Of a stretch of DNA of 64,000 nucleotides, positions 1-10,377 are shown in pieces. The stretch covers positions 192,001 through 256,000 of the forward strand of contig CAWEWF010000006.1 of the NCBI GenBank assembly GCA_963812605.1, given 5' to 3'. The notes below the pieces were generated by a model. The model was not told where the DNA came from. It saw nothing but the letters and a program-made list of their open reading frames with translations, and did not search any database. The translations under genes and the position numbers were made by a program. Origin of the DNA: an uncultured Verrucomicrobiae bacterium (GTDB lineage: Bacteria > Verrucomicrobiota > Verrucomicrobiia > Palsa-1439). Position 1 is the stretch's first letter. Each line of letters starts with the position of its first letter.

Positions 1-1
1 T

Positions 2-544
2 CTCGCCGAGCAGAAAATTGCGTGGCCGGATTTTGGCTGGCGAAAGCCTGTGTTGATGGCCGCGGCGGCAGCGATCATTGTGTTGGGTGTCGTTTCTGTG
101 TGGGTATCCCGGCAAACTGCCCGGAATGGATTGGAAGCCTATCGTGCGGAAATGGTGCGGTACGTGTCCAGCAGTTATAGCAGCGCGTTCATCAAGGCCA
201 CGAGTTTCGACGAATTGCGCCAGGTCCTCGCCAGGAAAAATTGGCCGTCTGATTTCATCGTTCCCGACCGTCTCCGGTCCGTCACCGTCATCGGCGGCAG
301 CGCGGTGGAATGGAACGGCCACAAAGTTGCCCTCGCCTGCATGAAGGAAGGCCGTCATGGCCTCTGGCTGTTCGTCATCGAGAAGTCCGCCTTACGCGAT
401 GCTCCCGAGACCGAATCGCCGCGGCTCAAGGAGGTCGAAAGCGAACCCACCGCCGTCTGGAGCCAGGATGGCAAGGCCTATCTTTTCACTGTCCAAGGTG
501 ACGAGGCCTTTCTCAGAAAGTATCTCCCGCCGCTGCCGTCCTAA
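2..544 (+). CDS. Membrane-anchored hypothetical protein, possibly anti-sigma-factor-like (5' truncated by window edge)
   Basis: Frame open from the window start; single TM segment (AAAAAIIVLGVVSVWV) followed by a soluble domain. Confidence 0.6.
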   Translation, partial: LAEQKIAWPDFGWRKPVLMAAAAAIIVLGVVSVWVSRQTARNGLEAYRAEMVRYVSSSYSSAFIKATSFDELRQVLARKNWPSDFIVPDRLRSVTVIGGSAVEWNGHKVALACMKEGRHGLWLFVIEKSALRDAPETESPRLKEVESEPTAVWSQDGKAYLFTVQGDEAFLRKYLPPLPS

Positions 545-555
545 AGAGCGGGTAA

Positions 556-1095
556 TTACTGCGCGGCAGACTTTTTAGGGGTCTTCGGGACGCCAGCGGA
601 AAGATCGACGAATTCCAAGAGCAGCGCATTGGCCTGTTTATCCGATAGGCCAAGCATGTTGTCTGTCACAATTCCGGTCACAAATTTTCCACTTGGCGCT
701 TGAAACGCGTACTTGCTGTCCACCAGCTTGATCTTGAAGACGCCGGCCTCAGAGCCGCGCTTGATCCCGTCGGCGGTTTCGCGCCAATAACTGGTCTTCG
801 TTGTATCCCCTGCAAGCCCCCCCGGAATATAGCGGATCTTCACCGGGTCTCCATCCGCCGGATTGGTGCCGTTCAGATCAATGATGGTGAAGATCTGCTT
901 GGACCCGATTTTTTCCCCGCTCAAGTTGAGAAAGCCGCCCGTAACCGTCGTGACGTATTTATTGTCCGCCGTCCGAAATGCGACCGGCTTCTCTAGCGGT
1001 TCCGGCGCCGCAGTTACGCGAACACCCGCCTGCACGGGAGGAGCGGCAAGAATCCCGATGGCGGCAGTCGCAAGTGCAAGCAGTGCCTTTTTCAT
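556..1095 (-). CDS. Secreted hypothetical protein, possibly fascin/beta-trefoil-like
   Basis: Signal peptide MKKALLALATAAIGILAAPPVQA; repeated AFRTADNKYV / AFQAPSGKFV motifs. Confidence 0.65.
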   Translation of the reverse strand: MKKALLALATAAIGILAAPPVQAGVRVTAAPEPLEKPVAFRTADNKYVTTVTGGFLNLSGEKIGSKQIFTIIDLNGTNPADGDPVKIRYIPGGLAGDTTKTSYWRETADGIKRGSEAGVFKIKLVDSKYAFQAPSGKFVTGIVTDNMLGLSDKQANALLLEFVDLSAGVPKTPKKSAAQ

Positions 1096-1263
1096 ATTCT
1101 CAGCTATCCCGTATTATCCGACGCTGCTTCTGTAAAGTTATTCATCGCCCATGTCAAGTTCAACGAATCCCTGATGTTCCAACAATCTGCCGATTGTCAC
1201 AGACGGCGAGCTTCTTTTGTGGTAGGGTGTCCGCGCAATTCAACATAAGAAAGACTCATTACT

Positions 1264-1656
1264 ATGTATCGACCAAAAGAAGGACCGCGCTTCGATTATC
1301 GCGCGCAAGAAAGCCAGCGGGTCGGCAGTTCCCCCACCCTGACGGACAAATTTCCCCAATTGAAATCCCTGATCGTGAACCTGGGCTATTTCAATTCCAA
1401 GGGCGTCACCAAGAACAGCCAGATCAAATATTCGCCCAATCTCGACCGCGCCAAATCTGTCTTCCGTGTGGATTGTCCCAACGCCGGTTGTATCCGCGGT
1501 GATTTTGACCTGTCGGAGCAACTCGCCAAAGCGGTTCGCGAGCACCGCACCACGGTTACCGCCGAAATGTGCTGTCAGGGCTGGCAAAGCAAGACCACCA
1601 TCGATACGGTCCCCTGCCACAACATTCTGCGCTTTACGCTCAGCCTGGGTTATTGA
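1264..1656 (+). CDS. Hypothetical Cys-rich (putative Zn-binding) protein
   Basis: 130 aa ORF with CPNAGC, CCQG and PCH motifs; fills the gap between flanking genes. Confidence 0.7.
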   Translation: MYRPKEGPRFDYRAQESQRVGSSPTLTDKFPQLKSLIVNLGYFNSKGVTKNSQIKYSPNLDRAKSVFRVDCPNAGCIRGDFDLSEQLAKAVREHRTTVTAEMCCQGWQSKTTIDTVPCHNILRFTLSLGY

Positions 1657-1703
1657 AGAAACGGGTGGATCGCTCAACTCAGGGATCGTGTCCGTCGAAG
1701 CCA

Positions 1704-2996
1704 TTATCGACCCCATCGTGACCTGGATCGCGAACCTCGATGACCGCCACGGTGGCCCTGGCCCGAACCACCATGCTCCGAGTGCCCTTGCGCCTGACCC
1801 TGTAGCTTGGACCGATACAATCGCTCATCACCCTCGCCGCCTTGTCCCAGCGGCGCGACGGTTTGATAGTCAAACCCCTCCGCCTTTTTCCGGATGATGC
1901 CGCGACCGATAAATCGCTCCAGCGCCCGCAACGCGCCGTAGTCCGCCCCCGTGACGAAGCTGATCGCGTCTCCCACCGCGTGCGCCCGACCCGTCCGACC
2001 AATGCGATGGACGTAATCCTCGGAGTGCATCGGAAAATCGTAGTTCACCACGTGCGAAATTCCATCCACGTCAATGCCCCGCGCCGCGATATCCGTCGCC
2101 ACCAGCACCCGCACCGCCCCCGACTTGAAATCCTTCAACGCGCGCAAGCGTTGCCCCTGGGAACGGTTCGAGTGGATCGTCGCCGTCCGGATCCCTTTAT
2201 GTTTCAGGTTGTCCGCGAGGCGATCGGCCCCGTGCTTCATGCGCACAAAAATCAGCACCATGTTCATCTGCGGTTCCTTGAGCAAATGCACCAGCAGCGA
2301 CGACTTCAAATGCTTCGGCACTTCATAGACGAACTGCGTCACTGTCTCGGCGGGATTCGCGCGCCGGCCGATCTGCACAATCTTCGGGGCGTGCTGGAAT
2401 TCCCGCGTCACCTGCTCGATGTCGCGCGACAGTGACGCCGAGAAGAGCAGTGTCTGCCGTTTCGTCGGCAGCGCCTTCACGATCCGTCGGATGTCCGGCA
2501 AAAAACCCATGTCGAGCATCCGGTCCGCTTCATCGAGCACCAGGAACTGTAATCCCGAAAAATCCCCGTTCTTCCGCCCCATCAAATCCAGCAATCGCCC
2601 CGGCGTCGCCACCACGATGTCCACTCCGGACCGAAGCGCTTGGATCTGCGGATGTTCGCCTACTCCCCCGTAGACCGTCGCCATGCGCAACGACAAATAC
2701 CGCCCGTAAGCGCGCACGTTCTCCTCGATCTGCACCACCAGTTCGCGCGTCGGCGCCAACACCAGCACGCGGATCCCCCGCCGCTGTCCCGCGCCGATCA
2801 GCCCCGCCAACTTCCCCAAAATCGGCAACACAAACGCCGCCGTCTTCCCCGTCCCCGTCTGCGCGATGCCGATCACATCATGCCCTGCCAAAATCAACGG
2901 GATTGCCGCCGTCTGGATGGGTGTGGGTTCCGTGTACCCCGCAGCTGTAACAGCTTTCAGAATGTTGGCATCAAGACCAAGCGCGCGAAATGGCAT
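1704..2996 (-). CDS. rhlE: DEAD-box RNA helicase, RhlE-like
   Basis: Q motif PTPIQ, AQTGTGKT, PTRELV, DEAD, HRIGRTGRA, G/R-rich tail. Confidence 0.92.
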   Translation of the reverse strand: MPFRALGLDANILKAVTAAGYTEPTPIQTAAIPLILAGHDVIGIAQTGTGKTAAFVLPILGKLAGLIGAGQRRGIRVLVLAPTRELVVQIEENVRAYGRYLSLRMATVYGGVGEHPQIQALRSGVDIVVATPGRLLDLMGRKNGDFSGLQFLVLDEADRMLDMGFLPDIRRIVKALPTKRQTLLFSASLSRDIEQVTREFQHAPKIVQIGRRANPAETVTQFVYEVPKHLKSSLLVHLLKEPQMNMVLIFVRMKHGADRLADNLKHKGIRTATIHSNRSQGQRLRALKDFKSGAVRVLVATDIAARGIDVDGISHVVNYDFPMHSEDYVHRIGRTGRAHAVGDAISFVTGADYGALRALERFIGRGIIRKKAEGFDYQTVAPLGQGGEGDERLYRSKLQGQAQGHSEHGGSGQGHRGGHRGSRSRSRWGR

Positions 2997-3062
2997 AGCC
3001 CCTCATTATATGACCCCGCCACCCCAATAGCACGCCGTTAATATGGGCATGGCACGACGCAT

Positions 3063-3245
3063 TGTAGGGCGACCCTCCCGGTGGCCGTCGTTCACGGCGC
3101 GACCGCTTTACCCCGACTCTGAGGTCGAGGCGGACGCGCCGTTCTTCCCGCTGTTGTCGCCAGGCTTTAGCCTGCGCTGTAGCCACGCCGCCCTGTCGGC
3201 GGGCTGTCTCCGAGTTGTAGGGCGACCGTCCCGGTTGCCGTAGTT
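3063..3245. repeat. Cluster of GTAG-type REP-like hairpins
   Basis: tgtagggcgaccctcccggtggccgt (3063) and tgtagggcgaccgtcccggttgccgt (3216), plus tgtagcc-led GC hairpin at 3178. Confidence 0.7.
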
Positions 3246-3300
3246 CAGGTATCAAAACCGCGCGAAAAACCACCAAATATCCCCTTAAAACCCCTCCAAT

Positions 3301-3423
3301 TTGGGTTCGTTTCCGAAAACGAACCCACCGTTTCCGCTCATCATTTTCCGACATAAGCACTTGTTGACGTGTATGATAGATGTAGTTTTTCCCTCCGCAA
3401 AGTTTGGGTTCGTTTCGCAGAAA
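3301..3423. repeat. ~110-120 bp inverted-repeat element (gaaaacgaaccca ... gggttcgtttcgcagaaa), copy 1
   Basis: Same terminal motifs with near-identical spacing recur at 58719-58825. Confidence 0.65.
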
Positions 3424-3869
3424 CGTATATATAGGCCCCGAGCTGCACACAGCAGCGAGTCGCGCCGAAGCCTCGGCGAAGGCAGAATTGTTGTAGCATA
3501 GCGTCCTCGCGACAACCAGTATGCCGTAGTGGCGCGGGCGTCTCGCCCGTGTCTTTCCGCCTTCGAGTTGAACAGGCGTCCCGCCTGTACCCTTTCATAA
3601 TTCACGCCCCGACTATACCCCGCCGTAGGATTGTGTCCAGCAAAATATCGATTTACGATAGGCAGTAGACTACCTCACCTGCCAGTGTAGCTGCACTTCC
3701 GTAAAGGGTGGATTGGTTGCTGTAAGCGAAGCGGTGCCAAGAAGCGCTTCTGTCGCACGAAGCACAATGGTCTCACAACGCGGCGCGCCCTACGGACAAC
3801 GCCCTACCACCTTTCTTCTTTTGTACGTCTGGCATTTGCGCTAGACTTTACTGTGAACAAGGACACGCA

Positions 3870-4583
3870 ATGAAGAAAAGGGTTTTCATTCTGGCGAACT
3901 CTATCAAACACCATCCGATGAGGTGCATCGCGGGTCGGGAGGTCATCCAAAATGAGAAGGGAGAAATTCAATGGGGTGGTTGGGTTCGACCCGTAACCGA
4001 CCACGACGAAGGCGCGCTCGGATTGGATGAGTGCTGCTATTCGGATGGTAGCAACCCAAAACCGTTGGATGTAGCTGACATTTCTCTTGGTGCTCCCGAG
4101 AATGATCAAATTCAACCCGAGAACTGGTTCATTCAACCGAACTACCGATGGACGAAGGCCAACGAATGGCGAGCAAGCGTCGCGGCACAGCTCGTCGAAG
4201 AGCCAAGAGATCTGTGGCTTGACCCTGATGAGAAAACAGACCGCGTATCCCCCGACTTTCTTAATGACATGTCTCGACGACATTCACTGTATCTTATAAA
4301 ACCGGAGTCGTTTCATTTGAGGGTCGAGACAAAAACTTGGCAAGGAAAGAAGAAGAAGCGAGTTCGCGGTATTGTCTCCTACCGTGGTCAGATGTATGAT
4401 CTCAGCGTGACTGACCCACTCATTGAGAAGAAGTACTGTCCCGATTTTCGCAATGTGCAGGATGGAGATATCCACCTGAAGCACGAAAACCAAAACATAT
4501 TGTGCGTAAGTCTGACACCTGAGTTTGTGGATCAAAAGATGCACTACAAAGTCGTCGCCACCGTCTTGGAGTTGATGCCATGA
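3870..4583 (+). CDS. Dual OB-fold domain-containing protein
   Basis: ILANSIKH..RCIAGRE...WVRPV, QPENW, YDLSVTDP and LCVSL motifs typical of this family; translationally coupled to DUF488 genes. Confidence 0.75.
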   Translation: MKKRVFILANSIKHHPMRCIAGREVIQNEKGEIQWGGWVRPVTDHDEGALGLDECCYSDGSNPKPLDVADISLGAPENDQIQPENWFIQPNYRWTKANEWRASVAAQLVEEPRDLWLDPDEKTDRVSPDFLNDMSRRHSLYLIKPESFHLRVETKTWQGKKKKRVRGIVSYRGQMYDLSVTDPLIEKKYCPDFRNVQDGDIHLKHENQNILCVSLTPEFVDQKMHYKVVATVLELMP

Positions 4584-5191
4584 CAACTACTTGTTCCAAG
4601 CCGACGATTTTTACCGTGGGACACTCCACGCTTGAGATTAAAGCATTCATGTCGCTGCTGCAGCAACACGGGATTAAAGCAGTGGCTGACGTTCGGTCGT
4701 CGCCGTACAGCCAGCACAATCCGCAGTTTAACCGCGAGGCTCTGCAAGCGAGTTTACGCACGGCTGCTATCCATTACGTTTTTCTCGGTGACGAACTGGG
4801 AGCGCGACGTTCCGAATCTGACTGCTACGTAAACGGTCAGGCTGAGTATGACCGAATTGCCGGTACGCCTGCATTTAAGCGCGGGCTTAAACGATTGTCT
4901 GACGGCGCAACTCGGATGCGAGTGGCCTTGGTGTGCGCGGAAAAAGACCCCCTTGAATGTCATCGCGCCATTCTAATCTGCAGGCACCTGAAAAGATCTA
5001 TCCCGTCTATCTCTCACATTTTGAGTGGCGGGTCTCTTGAGACTCACGAACAGATGGAAGATCGGCTGTTAGGGCAGTTCAAATTGGCAAGTGGCGACCT
5101 TTTCCGTAACGGCGAGGAAATGCTAAATGCCGCCTACGAACGACAAGGGAAACGCATTGCCCATAAAGAGGAGATTATTCTCCAACGATGA
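4580..5191 (+). CDS. DUF488 family protein
   Basis: IFTVGHS, DVRSSPYS, ELGARR, CAEKDPLECHR motifs; ATGA overlap with upstream gene. Confidence 0.88.
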   Translation: MTTTCSKPTIFTVGHSTLEIKAFMSLLQQHGIKAVADVRSSPYSQHNPQFNREALQASLRTAAIHYVFLGDELGARRSESDCYVNGQAEYDRIAGTPAFKRGLKRLSDGATRMRVALVCAEKDPLECHRAILICRHLKRSIPSISHILSGGSLETHEQMEDRLLGQFKLASGDLFRNGEEMLNAAYERQGKRIAHKEEIILQR

Positions 5192-5652
5192 GCACACAAG
5201 TCGCAACGAGCGTGATTGAGTTGTTTACGATTGGCTTCACAAAAAAATCGGCTCGTGAGTTCTTCACGAAACTGAAGGAGACCGGCGTTCAACGACTGGT
5301 TGATATTCGTCTCAATAACACATCACAGCTAGCTGGCTTCGCAAAAAAGGAAGACCTTGCCTACTTTCTCCACGAAATTGGCGGCATCGAATACGTGCAT
5401 TTTCCGGACTTGGCGCCCACGCAGGATATCCTCGACGCTTATAAGAAGCGGAAGGGCGACTGGCAGACATACGAAACTCAGTTCCTAAAGTTAATGGTTG
5501 AGAGGCAAGTCGAGAATACCGTGCCTAAGGGGCTACTTGATCGAGGCTGCCTTCTCTGTAGCGAGGAAAAACCACATCATTGTCATCGTCGCTTAGTGGC
5601 CGAATATTTGGCGGCCAAGTGGGGGAATGTCCGGATTACACATCTTGTGTGA
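5188..5652 (+). CDS. DUF488 family protein (second subtype)
   Basis: LFTIGFTKKSA, DIRLNNTSQLAGFAK, LLCSEEKPHHCHRRLVAEYL; ATGA overlap. Confidence 0.88.
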   Translation: MSTQVATSVIELFTIGFTKKSAREFFTKLKETGVQRLVDIRLNNTSQLAGFAKKEDLAYFLHEIGGIEYVHFPDLAPTQDILDAYKKRKGDWQTYETQFLKLMVERQVENTVPKGLLDRGCLLCSEEKPHHCHRRLVAEYLAAKWGNVRITHLV

Positions 5653-6040
5653 CTTTGCCTCCAGACCAGCATCTATTTCGTGTGTCTTATACGATCCTGC
5701 GAAGCAGTCTCATTCGCACTCAGGAAACTTTCTAACGGAAGAATCTTGTCGAGTTCATTATGCGCATATGTTTCCGAATTCCTTTGAAGCACATCAGAGA
5801 GGGTGGCAGAGAGGGCGACAATGGAGTCAGGTCTCAACATCAAACAAATCGGTCTCTAGCTCGCCGACCACCCGCCTCAGCTTCTGGTCATGTCGCGTTC
5901 GCCAACCCGCGCATCCGCCAAAGAGAATTTCCACCGATTCACCCGCCCCAAAAACAAACAGAGAGGCCAGATTGGCCTCTCCGTTCTCCGGGCCTTCGTG
6001 AGCAACGAAGCCCGTGTCTGTTGGATCGCCCTCTATCGAA

Positions 6041-6340
6041 TTAGCGGGCGGCAACGTGTTCTTGCGCGTGTTCCGGCAAACCGAACGCGTGTTCTGTGTT
6101 GATCTGGAAGTACTCGTTCTTGGCTGCCTTCGACGTTAGCGGTTCGAGAAACCGCTTCAGGTTGTCCAGCGAGTCCGCTTCCCACACGCAATCGGCCCGG
6201 CGACCGTCCATGCTGGGCAAATAGTAAAGCGGCTTCAATCCTTTCGGCAACCTCCCCTGTTCGACCATCGGGCCGATCTGGCTCGTGGTCTCCTCCCACT
6301 TTTTGGGATCCGTGATGCTGTGATGAATCGCGACAAACAT
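6041..6340 (-). CDS. Hypothetical small protein
   Basis: 99 aa ORF with an aaaggag RBS just upstream; ADCVWEADS motif. Confidence 0.7.
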   Translation of the reverse strand: MFVAIHHSITDPKKWEETTSQIGPMVEQGRLPKGLKPLYYLPSMDGRRADCVWEADSLDNLKRFLEPLTSKAAKNEYFQINTEHAFGLPEHAQEHVAAR

Positions 6341-6509
6341 GACCCATACTCCTTTCGGTTAGAGTTAACTGCCTTTCGCCATCGCGGTACGATTCCTACC
6401 GCTCCCCTGGCATTCTAAAAAAATGCTAGCACACCTCGCGGTGATTGCAAAAAATAATTTGTGAAATCTCCCGGCGATATTTCGCCGGCCTCCCCCATTC
6501 AACAGCCCG

Positions 6510-8090
6510 TCAGGGAATCGCAAACACCTGATACTCGGCAAAAGAATATTGGCCACTGAACGGGATGGATTTAATCAACCGGGCATTGGGCGGGATCGGC
6601 ATGACGTTGGGTCTGGCGACCAATCCAGCGCCGTCTGGGGACCTGAAATAATAGTTGCTGCTCCTTAATAACAAACCGGGCTTGAGCGGATGGCCGTCAT
6701 ACAATCGCACGGTGTCCGCTGGAAGGCCCGTTCGTTGATAGATCCGGGGATCGATTTTCCCGAAGAACAGCGGGTAAACATACAATTGCGGTTTGAGCTC
6801 TTTTGTTGATCAGCTCGCCATAGGGCGTATAGGTCGAACCGGAGATGTATAAAACCTGATGGGCGTCGAGGTGCGCAAAGCAGTATTCGAACGCGTCAGT
6901 CAATTCGGTTTGGAATACCTGGGGATCCCGGGTCTGGTACGCGCCAAAGTAATCCCGCATGTACACGGCCATCTCCAGCGCCCCGGCGCAAACAATGAAG
7001 AGCAGCAGCTTTCGCCAGGGTCCTCGACGCTGCCAAAGCCACTGGGCCCCGAGGACGGCCAGCAGCAACCAAAAGATCACGGCATACACGCAGCGAGTGC
7101 TGTGCATTCGATCCACGGTAAGCGCGGCGGATACCGGCGAAACCAGAACGCCAGTCAATATGATTCGGTGGAATGCGCGCTGTCGCCAGTAACGAATCGC
7201 GACGTAGAGTCCGGTGAGAATCAAAGGCGCGAGGCACCAGTATAATTCTCCCCCATGCCCGGTATGGTGGCGCACTTCCTGGTCGCCGGAAATGAAAAGA
7301 AACTGGGGACTGAAGTAGTCCCGGTAATGGCTGGTCACACTCACCATCGTCTCCCGCCAGGAAGTGGCTCCGCTGGTGACGCTTACTTGATGAAACCGCG
7401 CCGTCAGGCCCTCCGGATGTCGCAGGACATAGGCCATGAGCGGCAATAAGACGATGATCGCGGAAACCATCATTACCGCGATCACTCGCCAACGCTGGAC
7501 CAACGGACGCCATAGTCCAATGACGCAACCAATTGCCAGCAGCACAAAAACCGGTTGGAAGCTCTGGTGCGTGTAAAAGGTGAGCGCCCAAATAGTGCCT
7601 GCCAGCATCGCTCTCCCATTGGATCGTCGACGCAACGCGGAACTGGTCAGTAGCAGACCCGTTATCAATCCCAGCAATGCGGCGATATGTCCCGCAAACG
7701 AGCCACCCCGACTCAGGGGAAAGACCCAGGGAATAACCGACAAGAGGAAGCCTCCGGCCAGGGCAAAGGACGCTTCAAAACGCCAGTGGCGAAGCAACAT
7801 TGAAAAAGCGGCGCACGCCAGCAGGCAATACAAGATGGTCGGCAACCGAGCCGCCCACTTTTCGAGACCAAATAGCTGGATGGGAAGCACCGCCGAATAA
7901 ACGTCTGCGGGGTCGCAATAGACATCCCAACTCCGGAAAAACAGCGGCCAGGAAGTTCCGTACTCGTCGGCGCCCGTTTGTGAAATGCAGTAGGCATTGT
8001 ACGCGATAGAACACTCATCCACAGTGAAGCCGCGTGGCGCCGTTTCGATCCTCCAGAAATGCAAAAACGCGCCGTACCGATCGTTACCAC
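6510..8090 (-). CDS. ArnT/PMT-like (GT39/GT83) membrane glycosyltransferase, frameshifted near 6790 and 8065; start uncertain
   Basis: PRGFTVDECSIAYNAY...DEYG..WPLFF N-terminal motif and many TM segments; the C-terminus continues in ORF 6510..6785. Confidence 0.75.
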
Positions 8091-8234
8091 AAGCGCGAAA
8101 ACAAAGAGGCGCTCGCTAATCAGGGTCTGTCGGCATCGGCACTTTTCTCAAACGGATGGGAGGTTGTCGGGTCGGCGTTTTCTATCGCGAACGCTCCCTC
8201 TCGGCCCCTTGCATCTTCCGATCCCCATCCACTC

Positions 8235-8287
8235 CGTCACACCCACACCTGCCGATCCAGCGTACGATACTGGATGGCTTCGGAAAT
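8235..8287 (-). repeat. Orphan duplicate of the comM 3' end ([16 protein letters not shown])
   Basis: 53 bp matching 8793-8845 with 3 mismatches. Confidence 0.9.
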
Positions 8288-8350
8288 CCTGGTTTCGGGT
8301 TTGAGGCTGCATTTTGCCTGCCATTGATTGACACTTTCAACGGCTCACTC

Positions 8351-8708
8351 CTACCTCGCCGGCCATGTGTGTCCCACAATGATTGCGGCACAAAACGAAA
8401 TTAGCGTTAGCCCAAACAGAGTAAAGTATCCGACGTAGTACCATTTCATGATTACACATATGGACGTTATTGCACTGTCATTTATGGCAATATAACGCCC
8501 AGACAATACAAATCTTACTATGCTCCAACCATGGTGAAATACAGACGGATAAGCCAATTCCCTCCACGTCTGAAGGTGACGCCGCCGTAAGGTATGCAAA
8601 AAATACTCCGGTTAGAATGACCCCCACGATCCACGCCACGGAATTCAGTACGATACCAACAACCGTTGATAGTATAAGCAAGTCGGCAACGTGCAGACTA
8701 GCTACCAT
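8351..8708 (-). CDS. Small AT-rich membrane protein, frameshifted (ORFs 8478..8708 and 8351..8599)
   Basis: Hydrophobic segments in two overlapping frames; lies between the two comM 3' ends. Confidence 0.4.
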
Positions 8709-8794
8709 ACGTCCTCATCTGTTGGTGTTGCTGATTTGGGGTCATGCTGAAATGGGGTCACGCCCTAATCATTGCAACAATTGTCCTTCCATCG

Positions 8795-10315
8795 TCACAC
8801 CCACAACTGCCGATCCAGCGTGCGGTACTGGATGGCTTCGGAAATATGCTGGGATTGAATGCGCTCGGAACCATCCAGGTCCGCCACCGTCCGGGACACC
8901 TTCAAAATGCGGTCGTAGGCGCGGGCGCTCAAATTCAGTTCCGTCATCGCCATCTTCAGCAATTGCTGGCTTTCCTCGTCGAGTTTGCAGAATTCCTTGA
9001 TTTCTTTCGGCGACATACGTGAGTTCGTCTTCTTAAAACGCTCGCGCTGGATGACTCGCGCCGACTCGACGCGCGCGCGGATTTTCTCCGAATGTTCGCC
9101 CGTCCCCTCGCCCGCCATCTCCTTGTACTTCACGGCTGGAACCTCCACGTGGATGTCAATGCGGTCGAGCAGCGGCCCGGAAATCTTGTTGCGATATTTC
9201 GTAATCATGTTCGGTGAGCACCGGCATTCGCGCTTCGGATCGCCGTAGAATCCACAGGGACACGGATTCATGGCGGCCACCAGCATCACGTTCGCGGGAA
9301 AGGTCATCGTGCCGCTGGCGCGCGAGATCACGACGCGGCCTTCTTCCAGCGGCTCGCGCAACGCCTCGAGCACGTCGCGGTGGAATTCCGGCAATTCATC
9401 GAGGAACAGCACGCCGTTGTGCGCGAGGCTGATCTCGCCGGGCGTCAGGTTCGCCGTTCCGCCGAGCAGGCCCGCATTGCTCGTCGTGTGGTGGGGCGAA
9501 CGGAACGGACGCGTGGCGACCAGCGCCTGTCCCTTCGGCAACAACCCGAGAATGCTGTGGATCTTCGTCGTCTCCAGCGCTTCGTCGAGATTCGAATTGG
9601 GAAGAACGGTCGGAACGCGTCTGGCCAGCAACGTCTTGCCGCTGCCCGGCGGACCGATCATCAAAATATTGTGGCCGCCCGCCGCCGCGACTTCCAGCGC
9701 GCGTTTCACATGTTCCTGCCCTTTGACATCGACAAAATCAACGTCGTAGCTGCGCTGTTCCTGGAAAATCTTCTTGGGATCTTCGCGAAACGGATGCAGT
9801 TCCCGTTTGCCGGCCAGGAACTCCGCGACCTCGCGCAGATTTTTTGCCGGATACACGTCGATGCCCTGGACCACTGCCGCTTCGGGCGCGTTGTCGGCGG
9901 GAACGATCAGCCCACGCTTCTTCTGTTCGCGCGCGCAAAGCGCAATCGGCAGCACACCGTTGACGCTGCGGACTTCGCCGCTGAGCGCGAGTTCACCCAC
10001 GATGGTATAATCGTCGAGGTCTTTGGCCACGATCTGCTCGCTCACCGCAAGAATTCCCACGGCAATCGGCAGATCAAAACTCGGCCCTTCCTTTTTCACA
10101 TCCGCCGGAGCGAGGTTGATCGTCGTCCGGCCCATGACGTACTTGAACCCGCTGTTCTCGATGGCGGTCTTCACGCGGTCGCGCGACTCCTTCACCGCCG
10201 CATCCGGCAACCCGACGATGATGACCGCCGGCTGCCCCCAACCCGCGTTCACCTCAATTTCAATGGGATAGGAATCGATGCCGAGGACCGCCGCGGAATG
10301 AACTTTGGCAAGCAT
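8795..10315 (-). CDS. comM: ComM/YifB Mg-chelatase-like AAA+ ATPase
   Basis: [79 protein letters not shown]. Confidence 0.95.
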   Translation of the reverse strand: MLAKVHSAAVLGIDSYPIEIEVNAGWGQPAVIIVGLPDAAVKESRDRVKTAIENSGFKYVMGRTTINLAPADVKKEGPSFDLPIAVGILAVSEQIVAKDLDDYTIVGELALSGEVRSVNGVLPIALCAREQKKRGLIVPADNAPEAAVVQGIDVYPAKNLREVAEFLAGKRELHPFREDPKKIFQEQRSYDVDFVDVKGQEHVKRALEVAAAGGHNILMIGPPGSGKTLLARRVPTVLPNSNLDEALETTKIHSILGLLPKGQALVATRPFRSPHHTTSNAGLLGGTANLTPGEISLAHNGVLFLDELPEFHRDVLEALREPLEEGRVVISRASGTMTFPANVMLVAAMNPCPCGFYGDPKRECRCSPNMITKYRNKISGPLLDRIDIHVEVPAVKYKEMAGEGTGEHSEKIRARVESARVIQRERFKKTNSRMSPKEIKEFCKLDEESQQLLKMAMTELNLSARAYDRILKVSRTVADLDGSERIQSQHISEAIQYRTLDRQLWV

Positions 10316-10362
10316 GACCGCAAGTAATAGTCGAATGCCCGGTCGTAAGTCGAACGAGTTTT
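10316..10362 (-). promoter_or_regulatory. Putative comM promoter (TCGACT-N18-TATTAC, 8 nt before ATG; possibly leaderless)
   Basis: Hexamers and 17-18 bp spacing are conserved in four other copies while the spacers diverge. Confidence 0.55.
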
Positions 10363-10377
10363 GTGAGGAAGCCTGTA

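Noticed and set aside
8235-8845. Gene-end duplicates as DGR TR/VR pairs
   Set aside because: Differences are synonymous-biased rather than adenine-specific, and no RT gene is present.
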